From positions 1,364,001 through 1,428,000 of the forward strand of contig CM030332.1 of NCBI GenBank assembly GCA_017654855.1: a stretch of 64,000 nucleotides of DNA, given 5' to 3'. The notes under the pieces are model-generated. The model did not search any database. It was not told the DNA's origin and worked only from the letters and a program-made list of their open reading frames with translations. Every line of letters begins with the position of its first letter. Within the stretch, counting starts at the first letter, position 1. Made by a program: the position numbers and the translations under genes. The stretch is from Podospora anserina. Lineage: Eukaryota. Of the stretch, positions 34,079-45,814 are shown one piece after another.

Positions 34079-35047
34079 TCAGGCCCCTTGCTGGGCGGTT
34101 CTGGCGGCTCTCGTCGCTCTGGCAGCTGCGTTGGGATACCGAGACGGGTCGATCCGAGAGTGGAGAGGCCCAGGACCATACACGGCGACTCTGGCGTTGT
34201 GGTACCTAACAGATGGTCGCGAAGGAGCTGTTGCTGGCTGTGCCTGGGGTGGTCTCTGTTCCGCGTCGATGGCCTGGCGAATGATGTTGTGAACAAAATC
34301 GGGAATGCCCTCCCAATGGCCTGCTCTCGCAGCAGCCATCATCCTTGGCGGAAACACATCGTCGGCGGTAAGGGAGTGGGGACCAGGGAAACGGGCAATT
34401 TGATCGGCAACATGCAATTCTCCCGACTCGATGGCATTTTTTAGCCAGTTTTCCCATTCCTCGTCCAGCGGCATCGAATTGTCTCCGGATATGTTGCGAA
34501 GAGCCACTCGCTCGCGTAGCCTTTCGTTAAGCGCCACTCCGACACTTTCCAACTCCTCATCGCTTTCTTCCTCGATCATCCCATCCTCTGGCGTGGTTAC
34601 CGGCTCGTCCGACACCTCGGAGGCGCGGCGGTAATATCCGTCTTGTCGGTGCCGAGGCTCCACCCATTCGGGGAATCCATCGGCGGTCGTGTCCCGGATG
34701 GCAGTTCCCTGTTCCCGCTCAAACCGTTCCTTTGCCCACCGTGTGCCCTCCCACTTTGTGAGGCCTTGGATTTCGGCGTATGTAAGGCGAAGGCCGTCAA
34801 AGGCGCGGAATAACCGCCGGTGCCACTGCCATCGACTGAGGCGGATTCGGTGGATGCGATTTGTGTAGTCGAGACCGGGGTATTTAGCTTCGGGTGTGTC
34901 CAAGTGGCCGTAGAACGAGTGGACTTCTTGCCGAACCTCAAGGACGAGATATCTTTGGAGAAGTTGAGTGAAGTTTTGAGGGTCTGTCTGTCGCGGCTTC
35001 GGAAACATGTACTCGTAGACGAGTTGGTCTACTGGGCGGCCCTTCAT
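34079..35047 (-). CDS. Hypothetical protein, apparently conserved in filamentous fungi, function unknown
   Basis: 322-codon intronless ORF with an aromatic-rich, globular-looking N-domain (FYGHLDTPEAKYPGLDY...RLSRWQWHRRLFRAFD...KWEGT). Confidence 0.8.
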   Translation of the reverse strand: MKGRPVDQLVYEYMFPKPRQTDPQNFTQLLQRYLVLEVRQEVHSFYGHLDTPEAKYPGLDYTNRIHRIRLSRWQWHRRLFRAFDGLRLTYAEIQGLTKWEGTRWAKERFEREQGTAIRDTTADGFPEWVEPRHRQDGYYRRASEVSDEPVTTPEDGMIEEESDEELESVGVALNERLRERVALRNISGDNSMPLDEEWENWLKNAIESGELHVADQIARFPGPHSLTADDVFPPRMMAAARAGHWEGIPDFVHNIIRQAIDAEQRPPQAQPATAPSRPSVRYHNARVAVYGPGPLHSRIDPSRYPNAAARATRAARTAQQGA

Positions 35048-38028
35048 CTTGACCGGCTTCTCTCAGCACTGCGTGGCTCTCGCGAGGCAGGTCAAATGTC
35101 AGAAGCGATGGTGTTTATGTGCTGTTATCGTAGTGTGATGATGCTGAGCTGTACGGAATTGTGCTGTCTTGCTGAAGATGTCGTGTCTTGTTGAAGAGGA
35201 AAGCGTGTGAAATAAAGCCAAAGGTGTTTGACAAAGATCGGCACCGAAACAGGCAGGTGATGATATATGGTGGGCAAGAAGAGAGGGAAGAAGGAAATTG
35301 GGGTCCACGGGGCCGGTGTGGATCCCGGGGCACTTAAGTACAGCACGGCAGGAGGGCGTGCGGATGGTGCGGATGCAGATGGCTTTGGTCCCTGGAACGG
35401 CTGGACGGGGGGAACAGGCTGTCGGGTGGGTCGGGGGGGGGCGTCTTGGTCAGTCGCAGTCAGAAGTCAGGAATACTTGGTGCCCGGAATCTGCAGAGCG
35501 TGAATCGCTCTCGGTGTATCGGAAGGTCTGGGTATGAGAACCTGACGTGGACGGCAAACGAGAGGACGGGAAGAATGGAAGAAGCTCTGCCTAGGTGGCT
35601 GTAAAGCACGGCCCGAAGAAAGAGAGAGAGAGAGACAGCTCACAGCGGAGGCAAGTCGAGAGGCCCAAACAGTTTCCATGTGGGCGGGAAGTCGGTGGTG
35701 GTAGGTGGTGGTGCGTGGTGCGACCTTGGGTCAGGAACACGCCTGCCAGCCACTGATAGCCACTGCTAGCCACGGAGCAGCCAGCTGGGACTTACAGGAG
35801 AGTGCCACGAGTGCTCCGGAAAGGGAGAGTCATAGAGGTGTGGTGGCACACTTGCATGTGCCTCTGCCGCCATCTGACTGGCAGCCATCGTATCCAACTC
35901 CGATATTCCGTCAGGGGCGAACAGTTTGCGCCGACCAAACACCAAGCAACGCACGCACGCAACCATCGGGCTGGCCGCCTCAGCTGCATCCCATTATCTG
36001 CCAATAACGTCGCCTCGTTGTTTCCCTCGCCCGCTTTGGAATTCCTTTTTTCTGCTTCCGGACCTTTTCCAACAGCGCATCTCCCTGTGTGGGGAGCACC
36101 ATGGACAGCTCACCAACTAAACTTGCTGTCCAAAGTAGATTCGCCTGAATGGGCCATAGCGCACCGTTGGACTCTCCATGCATCTGGATGACTCGCTGGC
36201 TCGCTGGGCTGAGCTCAGCTTGAACCCAATGCCCACCTCCTTCTCATGGAATCGTGGAATCGTGGTGATCATCATGGCATTGGTTTGATCTTCAACCGCA
36301 GACCCAGACAGGCACGTTGTGTTTATTCCCCCGGCCGCTTTCGCCGACGCCCACGCCCAGGTGTCTGACCTCAGCTGCGAACATCAGCAGCGACTGCGGA
36401 ATCACCCAGTCCGACTCTGCACTGCAGTGTGATAAAATGTCGGCCTCCTCAACGGGCCTCGACCGGAGGAATTCTGCTAACTTCCCCATTCCCACCCAGC
36501 CATCAAATCCAACAAAGCATCTCATGATCCTCAAAAGACAACCCCCTCCTCGGCCCCCCGCTCTCACTGACCGCCAGATCCCAGCCAAGGAGACCCGCAG
36601 AGCCCTGGGCTTCCAAAGTGGAGAGATCTGAGGATGACGTCGGAGTTCATCAAGGGACACCGACTCTGAAAATCTATTTTTTCTCTTCTTTTCAAGTCAC
36701 TTGAGCAGCCAAATCCCGACTCGTTTGTTTTGTTTGGCGCCACGCTCGCACAAAACACCCGCTAATCTAGCATGTCCCCATCGACCGCAACCGACTCTCA
36801 GTTTTCACACGTAACAACAAGACAGGGCTCACCGGGCGGGATGGCATGTGGGTAGGTGGTGGTGGTGGTGGTCGTCCTCGTTTTGGCCAGATATCTGCTC
36901 TGTTCCTTCTTTCTCCAGCTACTATTGATTGATATATCTGCAGCTGCCCGACAACATGCCTAGAAGGTCGACAGTGGTCAGGTAATATGGGCTCGGCTGG
37001 CGGTGAACATGGCGTCTACCCAACCGCCTATCCAATCAAGGCCGCCACGGAGCCTGTCTAAGTCATCCACCGGCCGGGTCTCGGTCACGGCGACCGCCCT
37101 CCAACGGCAAGCGAGCCCTTTGACTATCGGCGAATGGGATGACGCAACCTTCGGGATAGGAAGCTTTCCCCACGCCTGGATGTTTCTTCCTTACTACCCT
37201 CCTTATCCTTCAGGATCGGTAGCTGTGCCCGAGAAACACATGTGTGGTGCCGCATCCCATCTGCACGTTTGTTGGCGCAAACCGCATCTCCGCCCTGCAC
37301 TTGGGGCAATGTTTCTTGTCTTGTGTGTTGTGTAAACCATTCTCCCCGGCCCTAATCCTAACGGGGCGCATGTCGCCGTGCGCTGCTCGAGAGTTGTTAG
37401 CGAGACCGGAGCGGGGCCCGGTCGGGCAGTTTGATGCCGATGTAGTGACCGGTCCTGGGCATTCCCGACCCGCGGCCGATATATATTACATATGCCACCG
37501 GCGACAAAAGCAGCCCTTGTGATGTGGTCTCTTGACACCCTGTAATTTCATCCCGCTGTCTCCGGAGCCAGGAAAAGGGAGATCTGGAACAATACCGCCA
37601 GAGCGCTTTTCTCTCCTCAGACGGGTGGTTGGTGGTGAGGCGTGAGCGAGTATCAGTAAGATGAGAGGGGATGGTTCTCCCGGCCAGTTGATGCGGCCCC
37701 GCTGGGCCATCACCCTGGGCTGTTACTCGCCGCTCACCATCATGATCATCCATGATCCAACCGAAGGGTTCGGCAGCTCTGTCAGTTTCCCTGGCACGAA
37801 AAAAAAACATTGGCCGGTTATCAAGGCCCAAGATGTTTGCAGAGAGCCCAGAGGATTACGCAATCGTTCAGTCTCTTTTTGAGGAACTGGTGATGGTGGT
37901 TGCATCTTGTGGCCGCATGGAAGAGGCGAGCTCTCCACTTCGGAATTTGCACAACGTTGCGATCTCGTGTGAATTTTGTTACCTGGGCACCCTCACCACA
38001 AAATAGTTGACACACAAAAGTAAGTTAA

Positions 38029-38170
38029 CCTATACAACCCTGTGAACTGCTTTACACCTTAAAAGTAACTTAATAGGCCTTTAAATAATCTTTCAAAGCC
38101 TGTTAACTATCTTTGAAGACCCATTGATTATCTTCAAAGGCCTATGGACTATCATTCAAGGCATGTTAGC
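38029..38170 (-). repeat. Degenerate 21-bp-period array, inverted relative to 32975-33104
   Basis: TATCTT-like words at 38066, 38087, 38108, 38129 and 38150; begins CCTATACAA, the reverse complement of TTGTATAGG. Confidence 0.8.
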
Positions 38171-38485
38171 CTACTTTAGCATCTCAATAATTTTGTGGCA
38201 AGGGTGCTGGGATGGGGTGGTGCACAGACTGACCCGTGATGGAATTTCTTGGTGTTGAGGAATGGTTGGTTCTCCCGATTTACACAGGTGCATATCTTGT
38301 GATATGAGTCTTCTTTTTACGTCAACCTCGTACACACGGCTTGACATTCCTTTGCTATCATTCAATTCGATAGCCGAGGAGGGTAGAGCAATTTATCAAT
38401 GGTTTGCAACATGCTACCAGTGGTGGTTGCCATCCACCTCTCACTTCACACCACCTCATAACCACGAAACCCAACCTTACCTTTC

Positions 38486-38604
38486 ACATACGACCATACC
38501 CAGTTGAAAATACGGCATCCCGTCCGCTCTGCCCGAGTCAAACAGCTGAGGGCCGAACTAGTACTCAGGTGGGTGACCACTGGGGAATCCTCGGTGTTGT
38601 ATGT
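38486..38604 (+). rRNA. Dispersed 5S rRNA gene
   Basis: 119 nt, ACATACGACCATA...CCCGTCCGCTC...TAGTAC..GGTGGGTGACCAC..GAATCC..GTGTTGTATGT, with complementary ends and a following T-run Pol III terminator. Confidence 0.97.
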
Positions 38605-39357
38605 TTTTGCTCCACTCTTCAAGATCCACTTTTGAACTTTTGAGGCTTTGTAGAACTGTTTCGAAGTCTTTTTTCCTTCTTTTTCCCCCCATCTTACCCA
38701 ACACTATGTTGGTTGGAGCAAGTACGAGTCTATGGGTGAGACTGATTTTTTTTTTTTTTGGGGCTTTGTCTTATTTGGACACATGTCTCTTCGTAAACAT
38801 CGTCACACGGTTGGGTTGCCAACATCTTGAGACTGACAGAAACCATCAATACCTTTGAACTTGGAACTCAAGTCAGTAAATATCTAGACACCATCAGCAT
38901 ATCTATGTCATTGGTTGATAGGGGCCTCACAGCGGCTGAAGACTCTTGATTCACATCTCGGTAATTAGAGCGCTGATCAACAGTTTTGTTCCCAAAAAAG
39001 TCTTCAAAAAAGAAAATGGCTGATAATTCGGGTAATCTTCACCAGCTGACTGACTCAACGCCATGCCTATAGTACTTGGTGCTAGTTCAAAGCCGTTGAG
39101 GAATGGATCATCATCGGTGGTGGGTTGACCAGCTGAAGAGAGACATTATAGCCGTTCCGGCGAAATAAAATATCTCAAGCGGTGTAACAAGGGTTGCTTT
39201 CTAGTCATATATAAGATAGATCATAAATGAAAAGGTCTTCTTCATCTCTACTATCAACAACTTTTGTCAAGCCAGATCTTTTCCCTGCTTATCACGGGCC
39301 AGCACAACCAGAGATATAAACATCATAACTTGTGCCAATACGTCAACACCCGGCACA

Positions 39358-39627
39358 ATGAAGGTACTCCTTCCCCTCGTCCTCATTTAAACCATGAAAG
39401 CAAGATCAATAACAACAATTCAGTTCACCCCCCTCCTCACTCTAGCAGCAACCACCACCGCCGTCGCCTATCCCTTAATCGACATCTCCCTCGGCACCCC
39501 AAGGTTCGTCTGCCCCAGCCGGGTCCAGGCCTTCTGCAGCGCGAGCAGCATCCACAACGGCTGCACTGCAGCGGGCGAGTTCCGGAGTGATGCCATGGAT
39601 ACCTTTGGGCAGTGTGTTTGTGTCTGA
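39358..39627 (+). CDS. Small secreted cysteine-rich peptide (69 aa, 2 exons)
   Basis: TATAAA at about 39315; CACAATG AAG micro-exon; intron 39364-39423; signal-peptide-like MKFTPLLTLAATTTAVA; five Cys ending QCVCV. Confidence 0.7.
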
Positions 39628-40351
39628 GGTCCCCCGACACTATAGAAATCTGGAATATGACGGAGCTTGTACATATATCTCAAGGGAGGAAGTATTGATA
39701 AAAAACTCAAAATTTGAATTGTCCATGCGCTTGTCAACCTCCTTTTCTGCAGAGTGGTGATGAGAACGAAGATGTTTGAGAAAAGAATAATCATAAAAAT
39801 GATATGCCTCCAGTTCAGGACTACCAAATGTTCCAGTGTATATATACGCCAGTGATCAAAACCCAATAGTAACAAAAGAAAGTAGGATATGATGATGCCA
39901 CCTCGTCCGCCAAAATCCCAGTGTTGTCCTGTCATCCAAAAACTGACCATGCTAGCCCACCCATATACCAAATCCTCATCCATCATATGCCTCATGAAAT
40001 CTGCCCCAACAACTCCCTCGCACTCCCCAATATCTCCCCCCCTTCTCCCTCTGGATACCACCTCCCTTTCCACCTCCTCTCCCTCTCCTTCTCCCTCCTC
40101 TTCACCCTCTCCAAATACTCCCTCTTCCACCTATCAACCCCCCACCTCCCCCTCCTCTCCCTAATCCACTCCACCATCTCCCCCAGCTTTTCCACCAGCA
40201 CCTTCAACTCTTCCTCCTGGATTCCCTCGTTCTTCTCAACAACAATTTTAGTCCTATCCCCCCCGCAACGCTCGCAAAACCCACCCCCATAACACCTCCC
40301 CACCACCGCAGCAGCAACCGGAAAAAGAGCCTCAACCGGCAAACAAGACAC

Positions 40352-43015
40352 CTAGTCCGCCACCGGCCCGCCCCTCCCCCCAGATGCCACCGGTTCGGCC
40401 GCCCCCGCAGCCGACATCTTTGGCGTTGACGGCGGCCACGGCCCAGACGATGAAGCTACAGAGCTGATGTCGGGGTATTTCCTGCCTGAGACTCCTTCAC
40501 ATTTCTAGTCAGTTTTATCTTATTCCATGAGAGCATGCCGGGGGATCATGTTGAGGAGCAGCATCAAGGGGAGGAACCAGGAGGAGGAGGAGTTGGGGTC
40601 TAGGCTGTGGTAGTCAGGGTTATTCGTACCAGTTACTCCCGCCCCGGCAGGACTAGGCATTCGCTCTCTGCCCTCGTTGGGGTGCGGTCTTTCTCTCTCA
40701 CGGTCTCTGTCACGATCGCGGGACCGGCGAGGGGAGCGTTCCATCCGTGGGGGTTCACGGGGTGTGGCCCGCGGGGAAGACAACCGCTCGTCCCTTCGCC
40801 AGCGCTCCCGATCGTCATGGTAGCGGTCTCGTTCTCTTTCTCGCTCTCGTTCTCGACGATCTCGTTCCCGGTCGCTAAGTCGTTGGTCCCTCTCCCGATC
40901 TCGGAGGTGGTCACGGTCGCGGACTTCGCGGTCGAGGTCCCGACGGCGGTCGATGTCGGCGTGGCTGCTTGTGCGGCGGTGGTTGTCCGGACGGGAGAGG
41001 TAAGGGCCGCCGTTGTTGCGGGTGTAGCCCCGGACAGAAGAAATGTCGTCGTCGGATTCGACCTCGATAACGCGGTGGCCGCCGTTGCGGTGGAGGGAAG
41101 CGGCTGCTGCGGCTGGGGCTGGGGGACCGCGGTCTCTTCCGCGGTCGCTGGCTCGGTCGCTGTGTCTCCTCTCGTCGCTGTCTCGTTCACGGTCGCTGTG
41201 TCGTCTTGCCTCTCTTTCGCGGTCTGACTCTCGTGTTGGACGCTTGTCTCGCTCCCTGTCCCTCTCCCGCTCACGTGCTCTATCCCTCTCTCTGTCTCGC
41301 TCTCTGTCTCTTTCCCGTTCTCGCTCCCGTTCTCTGTCAAAGGCAGCTTCGGCAGCTCTTTGGCGCTCCCTCTCGCGCTCCCGGCTTGACTGTTTCCTGC
41401 TTCTTCGGATGCGCTCGTCCTCTGAATCAGTAGAGTCCGTCTCGTCGTGAGACCACGACCGGTTCAGCCTCGAACTGGGAAGATCTCCATCTCTGCTACC
41501 CCTAGAGGCAGTTACCACCACTGGTACTGGGCCTTCCTTTCTTCCTCGTGACCCGCTCAGGCTTCGTTGCCGCTCGCTGGCCGGTGGCATGCCCGTCATA
41601 AAGCTAGTGAGCTTGTCTTTGAGGTCATACAGAGTGCTTTTCCGCCTGTGCTCGTCGTCCCCTCTTGGTGTTGTCCTACCACTGTCACCTGGCGATGGTC
41701 GTGGTGAGTGGGTTCTTACGCCGGGGTGGGCATGTGGGTGCGATGTTGGAATGGGAGGTGGAGGCATGCTTGTGCGGATGATACGGGGCAACTCCTCGGA
41801 GCTGCCGGTATAAACGCGGCGAACACCGGGAATCGGGGGCTCGTTGGAAGGGCGCTGAGTCCGTCTTGGTGTTCGGGGACTAATCGGGGGTTCGTCCGAC
41901 TCCGATGTGCTGTATTGTCTGGGCTGGCTGTGACGACGCGGTTGCGGGCTGCGATCAGGGCCGAGGTGAGGTATCCTAACTGATGGGCGGCCCTCCATAG
42001 GTGAGTGCGGATAATCGGAGAAGCTCCTTCGGCGTGATGGTTCATCGGAGGAAGACTGGCGATGAAGGTAGTGCTCCCGCTCCCTGGCAGCCTGTTCTCT
42101 GGCCCGCTCTCGCTCTCGTTCTGGTGATCTTGATGGCCCTGGTGCTACATTCACATATGTCACCTTGACTGGACGAGAGCCAAAGTAGTCGCGAGGTGTC
42201 CCTGGCTGTGGTGTCGGCGGGACGTGGTGAACATTGTATGAGGGGATCCTGCGCTCTGCATAAGTTGGCTTCGGCTCCTCTCTTGGCTTCTCCTTGGGCT
42301 TCTCCTTGGGCTTCTCCTTGGGCTCCTCTGCAGCTGCTTCCTGGATATGCTTAGCCTTGCACTCCTGATACCACCGATCAGTGTCGATGTCTGTATCCTG
42401 GGGCAGCGCTTCCTTGGGCAAGTCGGCAGGGAACTGGAAGGCAGTGTCAGGGTGCTTCAGGCCCCAGTGCTTGGCCGCATATTGGAGGACTGGGACTTGT
42501 TCCTGTGGCTCAAGCAGTGTCTGGATTGCCTGCCACCGCACAAAGCCCTTCGTTGTCAAAGCTGGAATCGATGGGGGAGCGTAGTCGTCTTCTGTTGGCA
42601 AGAGCCAGTGTTGACAGCCGAGACCCTGGAAAACATCGGATATGAAGGGGTTGTCCATATCGACAAAGAGGACTACCATGGCCGTTGTTAGCTTTGCGCA
42701 TTGTTTGAGTAAGGTAAGATGCCGCCGTCCCACTCACAGTCAAAATTGTAACCGGCAGCCTTGTAGAAGGCTGCTAGCTTCTTTGGCGTCAAGTACCTAT
42801 CATTCTTGTCACCGATCTCCTTGATCTAAACGCGCAGACCATTGTTAGTAAAGGCTCCATTTCTCCATCTCTGGGCAACATACGATATGTAGTGAGAGCG
42901 CCCTCAAAAACGCATCGAGAATAGGGGTCGGAGTGGGAATCGGCTTCGCTGTGGTGAAGAGGTAGCCATAGTAGGCGTTGCCGTCCTCGGCGTCTGTTGC
43001 GGTTGGATTCGCCAT
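40352..43015 (-). CDS. Fungal protein with conserved N-terminal domain (DUF7514-like, from memory) and long Arg/Glu/Asp/Pro-rich tail, 4 exons
   Basis: Introns 42826-42883, 42673-42737, 40495-40629; motifs YYGYLF, LTPKKLAAFYKA, LGCQH, PSIPALT..GFVRWQ; spliced end VTGVSGRKYPD...PVAD-TAG. Confidence 0.85.
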
Positions 43016-44516
43016 TGCTTCAGTTGTCCCTCAGACCAGCTTCTTGCGATGTTGGCGTCGGCGTTGGGTGGTTATGAAATACACCAGTGCACATCATATC
43101 AGCCCCGACTCTGAGTTCGACCTCGTGGGCGGTGGGCGATAATCGGCGTTGGAGGTTGCTGTCGTGACACGATCGGGAGGGGCAAAAATAGGTGGTTTGC
43201 AGCAGGAGGGGTTCACAGCAGAGGGATCCGGACATGAGATAATTAACCAAATTCTTGGATCTAAAAGTAACGAAGGTAAGGTACCCTATCTGAAAAGTAG
43301 GCGGGCAGACAGGAAAGTCGCCGGGCTTCCAAGATGCTGAGTTGTAGTCGGGTATGAAGCGAATAGCTCAGAGTCGCATTCGAGATGCTTCTTAGGCAGA
43401 CTTGAGTCAACAAGAGTCTTCTTCAGCAAAGTGTTTGCAAGAATATCTGCGGCAGCTGTGCGCGGCGCTGTACCAAGTTGCGAAACCAACTCTGCGGGCC
43501 AACATATGGTTGACGCAACCAGTGACAGGGGTTCACCAAGTCTTTTTGCTGAGGGGCTGGACTGGTGGAGGGGCAGTGAGGGTTGGCAGGTTGGGTTCCA
43601 GGTTGGCAACACCACCGCTGACGCTTCAACTGCTGACACGTGCTTCCGGTTTACACAAGAAATCCAGCGCCTGCTTGTAGCTTCTCGTAGCTTCTCGTAG
43701 CTTCTTTTGTACAGGCATACTCGGGGTCCTCTGCCCAAGACCCTGGATAAGGAACTTAGTGTCATGAATCTCAACTGCACGTACGATCTACCCTGAGATC
43801 CACCTCCGCGTGGCTGGGACAGATGATCTCGTGGCTCCGCTGCGTAGCCGTTAGAATCATGGATCTAGAAGAATAAGAGGCTGGTGTTGACGTTGTGAAA
43901 AAGCGGGCGGAGGCCTGCCACTCAGAACCGTTCATCTGATTACAACATCAGACCTATCTAGTGACCATGGCCATCGGGCGCGCGACAACACCAACTCGGG
44001 CGAACGAGGTCAAAACACACAATTTGGGACGGAATTACATTCAAAACATGAGGCCAACACTGTTTGGCAGTTGAAAGACTGGAAAGACAAGCAACCATCC
44101 GTCCACCCCAGCATCTAAATAAACCCCGCACAGCTCTCGGTGTTATCCCAGATTCATCTGATATATAGCTCTTTCCTCTATTTGATGTCATATCCAATAT
44201 CTCCGAGAAACCATGCCAGAAACCGCACGTGCTGCTGTATTTTGGTGTAACCGACCTCTGCTTTTGCTGCAGGGCACCCACATGCCGATGATGTCGACTG
44301 GTAACCTTGCCGTACCCAACCGCCCATACCCGGTCTCGGCACGGCCCCGGTCGGAGCCGGAAGGTGACCCAAGCCGGGGGACACGGACACAAGAGACACG
44401 GAGGACCCACCACCGGGCCACTGCATCCCTCATCAAATCCAATAACCACCTCACACGTGCAATGTGTAGTGTGCACACCTTACACATTCTCCCCTAAACC
44501 TCTCCCAAACATGACA

Positions 44517-45278
44517 TCACCTCCCCCCCTTCCCAACCACAAACCGATACGTAGGCAACCTCACCAACCCCCTCCCCCCCCCATCCTCCTCCTCCCAAGT
44601 CAAAAACCTCTCAAACCCACTCCCCTCCAAGATCCTCTGACTAGCCTTATTCCCCTCCGCCGTAACAGCAATAACCACCTCCTCCACCACCCCCCTTTCC
44701 CCTTCCCCTTCCACCACAACCACACTCCTCGGATCAACCATCAACTCAACCACCCCCCTCTCCAACCCCCCCCAAATCCCCTCCCACCCCTTCATAAACT
44801 CCTTCCCAAACCCCCGCCCCCAATACTCCCGTCTAAACATATACCCAATCTCCGGCCACCCAAAACTCCACATCGCATCATGAAACCCCCCAATCCCAAT
44901 CATTTTTCCTCCTTCTTCCCTCAAACAAATCGCACAGTTGTAATTCTCCCTCTCGTTCCCCTCCACAAACTTCTCCAACCTCTGCCACGTCTCCCCAATG
45001 TCTTTGTCCACCACCCCCAAATAAGTCCACACCATCACCTCCGGCTGGGTTCGCAGTTCGTGCAAAGCCGGGAGGTCAGTCTTGGATAGAGGGCGGATGA
45101 TGAGCCGTTCCGTGTACACTGCCTTCCTCTCCGCGTTTAAGGGGAAAGGTCGCTTGGGTAGCGTGGTTTTCACACGGACAAATGTAGACTTGTCCGGCTT
45201 GGGGTCAATGACTCTGCTGTCGTCTGGATTGTTGGTGCCGTTTTTTATGGCGGCGACGTCGAGGGTGTTGTCGGCCAT
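44517..45278 (-). CDS. GNAT acetyltransferase (RimJ/RimL type)
   Basis: TERLIIRP, GWPEIGYMFRREYWGRGFGKE, N.ASQRILE..GF. Confidence 0.88.
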   Translation of the reverse strand: MADNTLDVAAIKNGTNNPDDSRVIDPKPDKSTFVRVKTTLPKRPFPLNAERKAVYTERLIIRPLSKTDLPALHELRTQPEVMVWTYLGVVDKDIGETWQRLEKFVEGNERENYNCAICLREEGGKMIGIGGFHDAMWSFGWPEIGYMFRREYWGRGFGKEFMKGWEGIWGGLERGVVELMVDPRSVVVVEGEGERGVVEEVVIAVTAEGNKASQRILEGSGFERFLTWEEEDGGGRGLVRLPTYRFVVGKGGR

Positions 45279-45814
45279 GATGCGCGATATGTCTGCCAAA
45301 GGTGAGTGGGATAGAATGGGGACGGCGAGTGTACGGAACTAGGTCAAGTCTGAAAAGAGAGATATATTGGAGATGAAAGGTGAAAATTACGTAGTCGTGA
45401 GGATCAGCCGTTGAGTCAGGCATCCCTGGCTGATATCAATATCGCAACCTAACTTCCTGTTTTGGAGTGGGAAAATGCAAGGCTGACACTGTCTTACACA
45501 ACTGCATCATTCAGCTTGCGCCCTTTGGTCGACACATTACACTTTAACCGCCGCAAACCTACCGCGGTCAATGTCACCACCCGCGGAATCCAGAGAAGCG
45601 TCCAAACTTTTGTTCAATTTCAAAAACATTGCACGAGCAATCCCAGAGACCGTGGACACCAAAAGAGCAATAAGAACAACTGTGCCCCGAAACGCAAACC
45701 CGTGCTTGACCATTTATTCATTTCATGCTCATTCTAGGGAGCAAATGCTGGTAACCCATTTTCCTAGTGAACACCTGAAGAACCTGCCAAACCCAGCCAC
45801 ATCCATGAACCCCT

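Noticed and set aside
39468-40130. 220-aa minus-strand ORF
   Set aside because: Patchwork of G-rich and AT-rich sequence, antisense to the secreted peptide gene; likely a compositional artefact.
40520-40629. Unspliced C-terminus of the 737-aa ORF (TNNPDYHS...HALME)
   Set aside because: Lies within an intron with donor, branch site and acceptor whose removal gives the GVSGRKYP ending.
44307-45089. 260-aa Pro/His-rich plus-strand ORF and similar antisense ORFs over G-rich gene tails
   Set aside because: Shadow ORFs produced by C-rich antisense composition.
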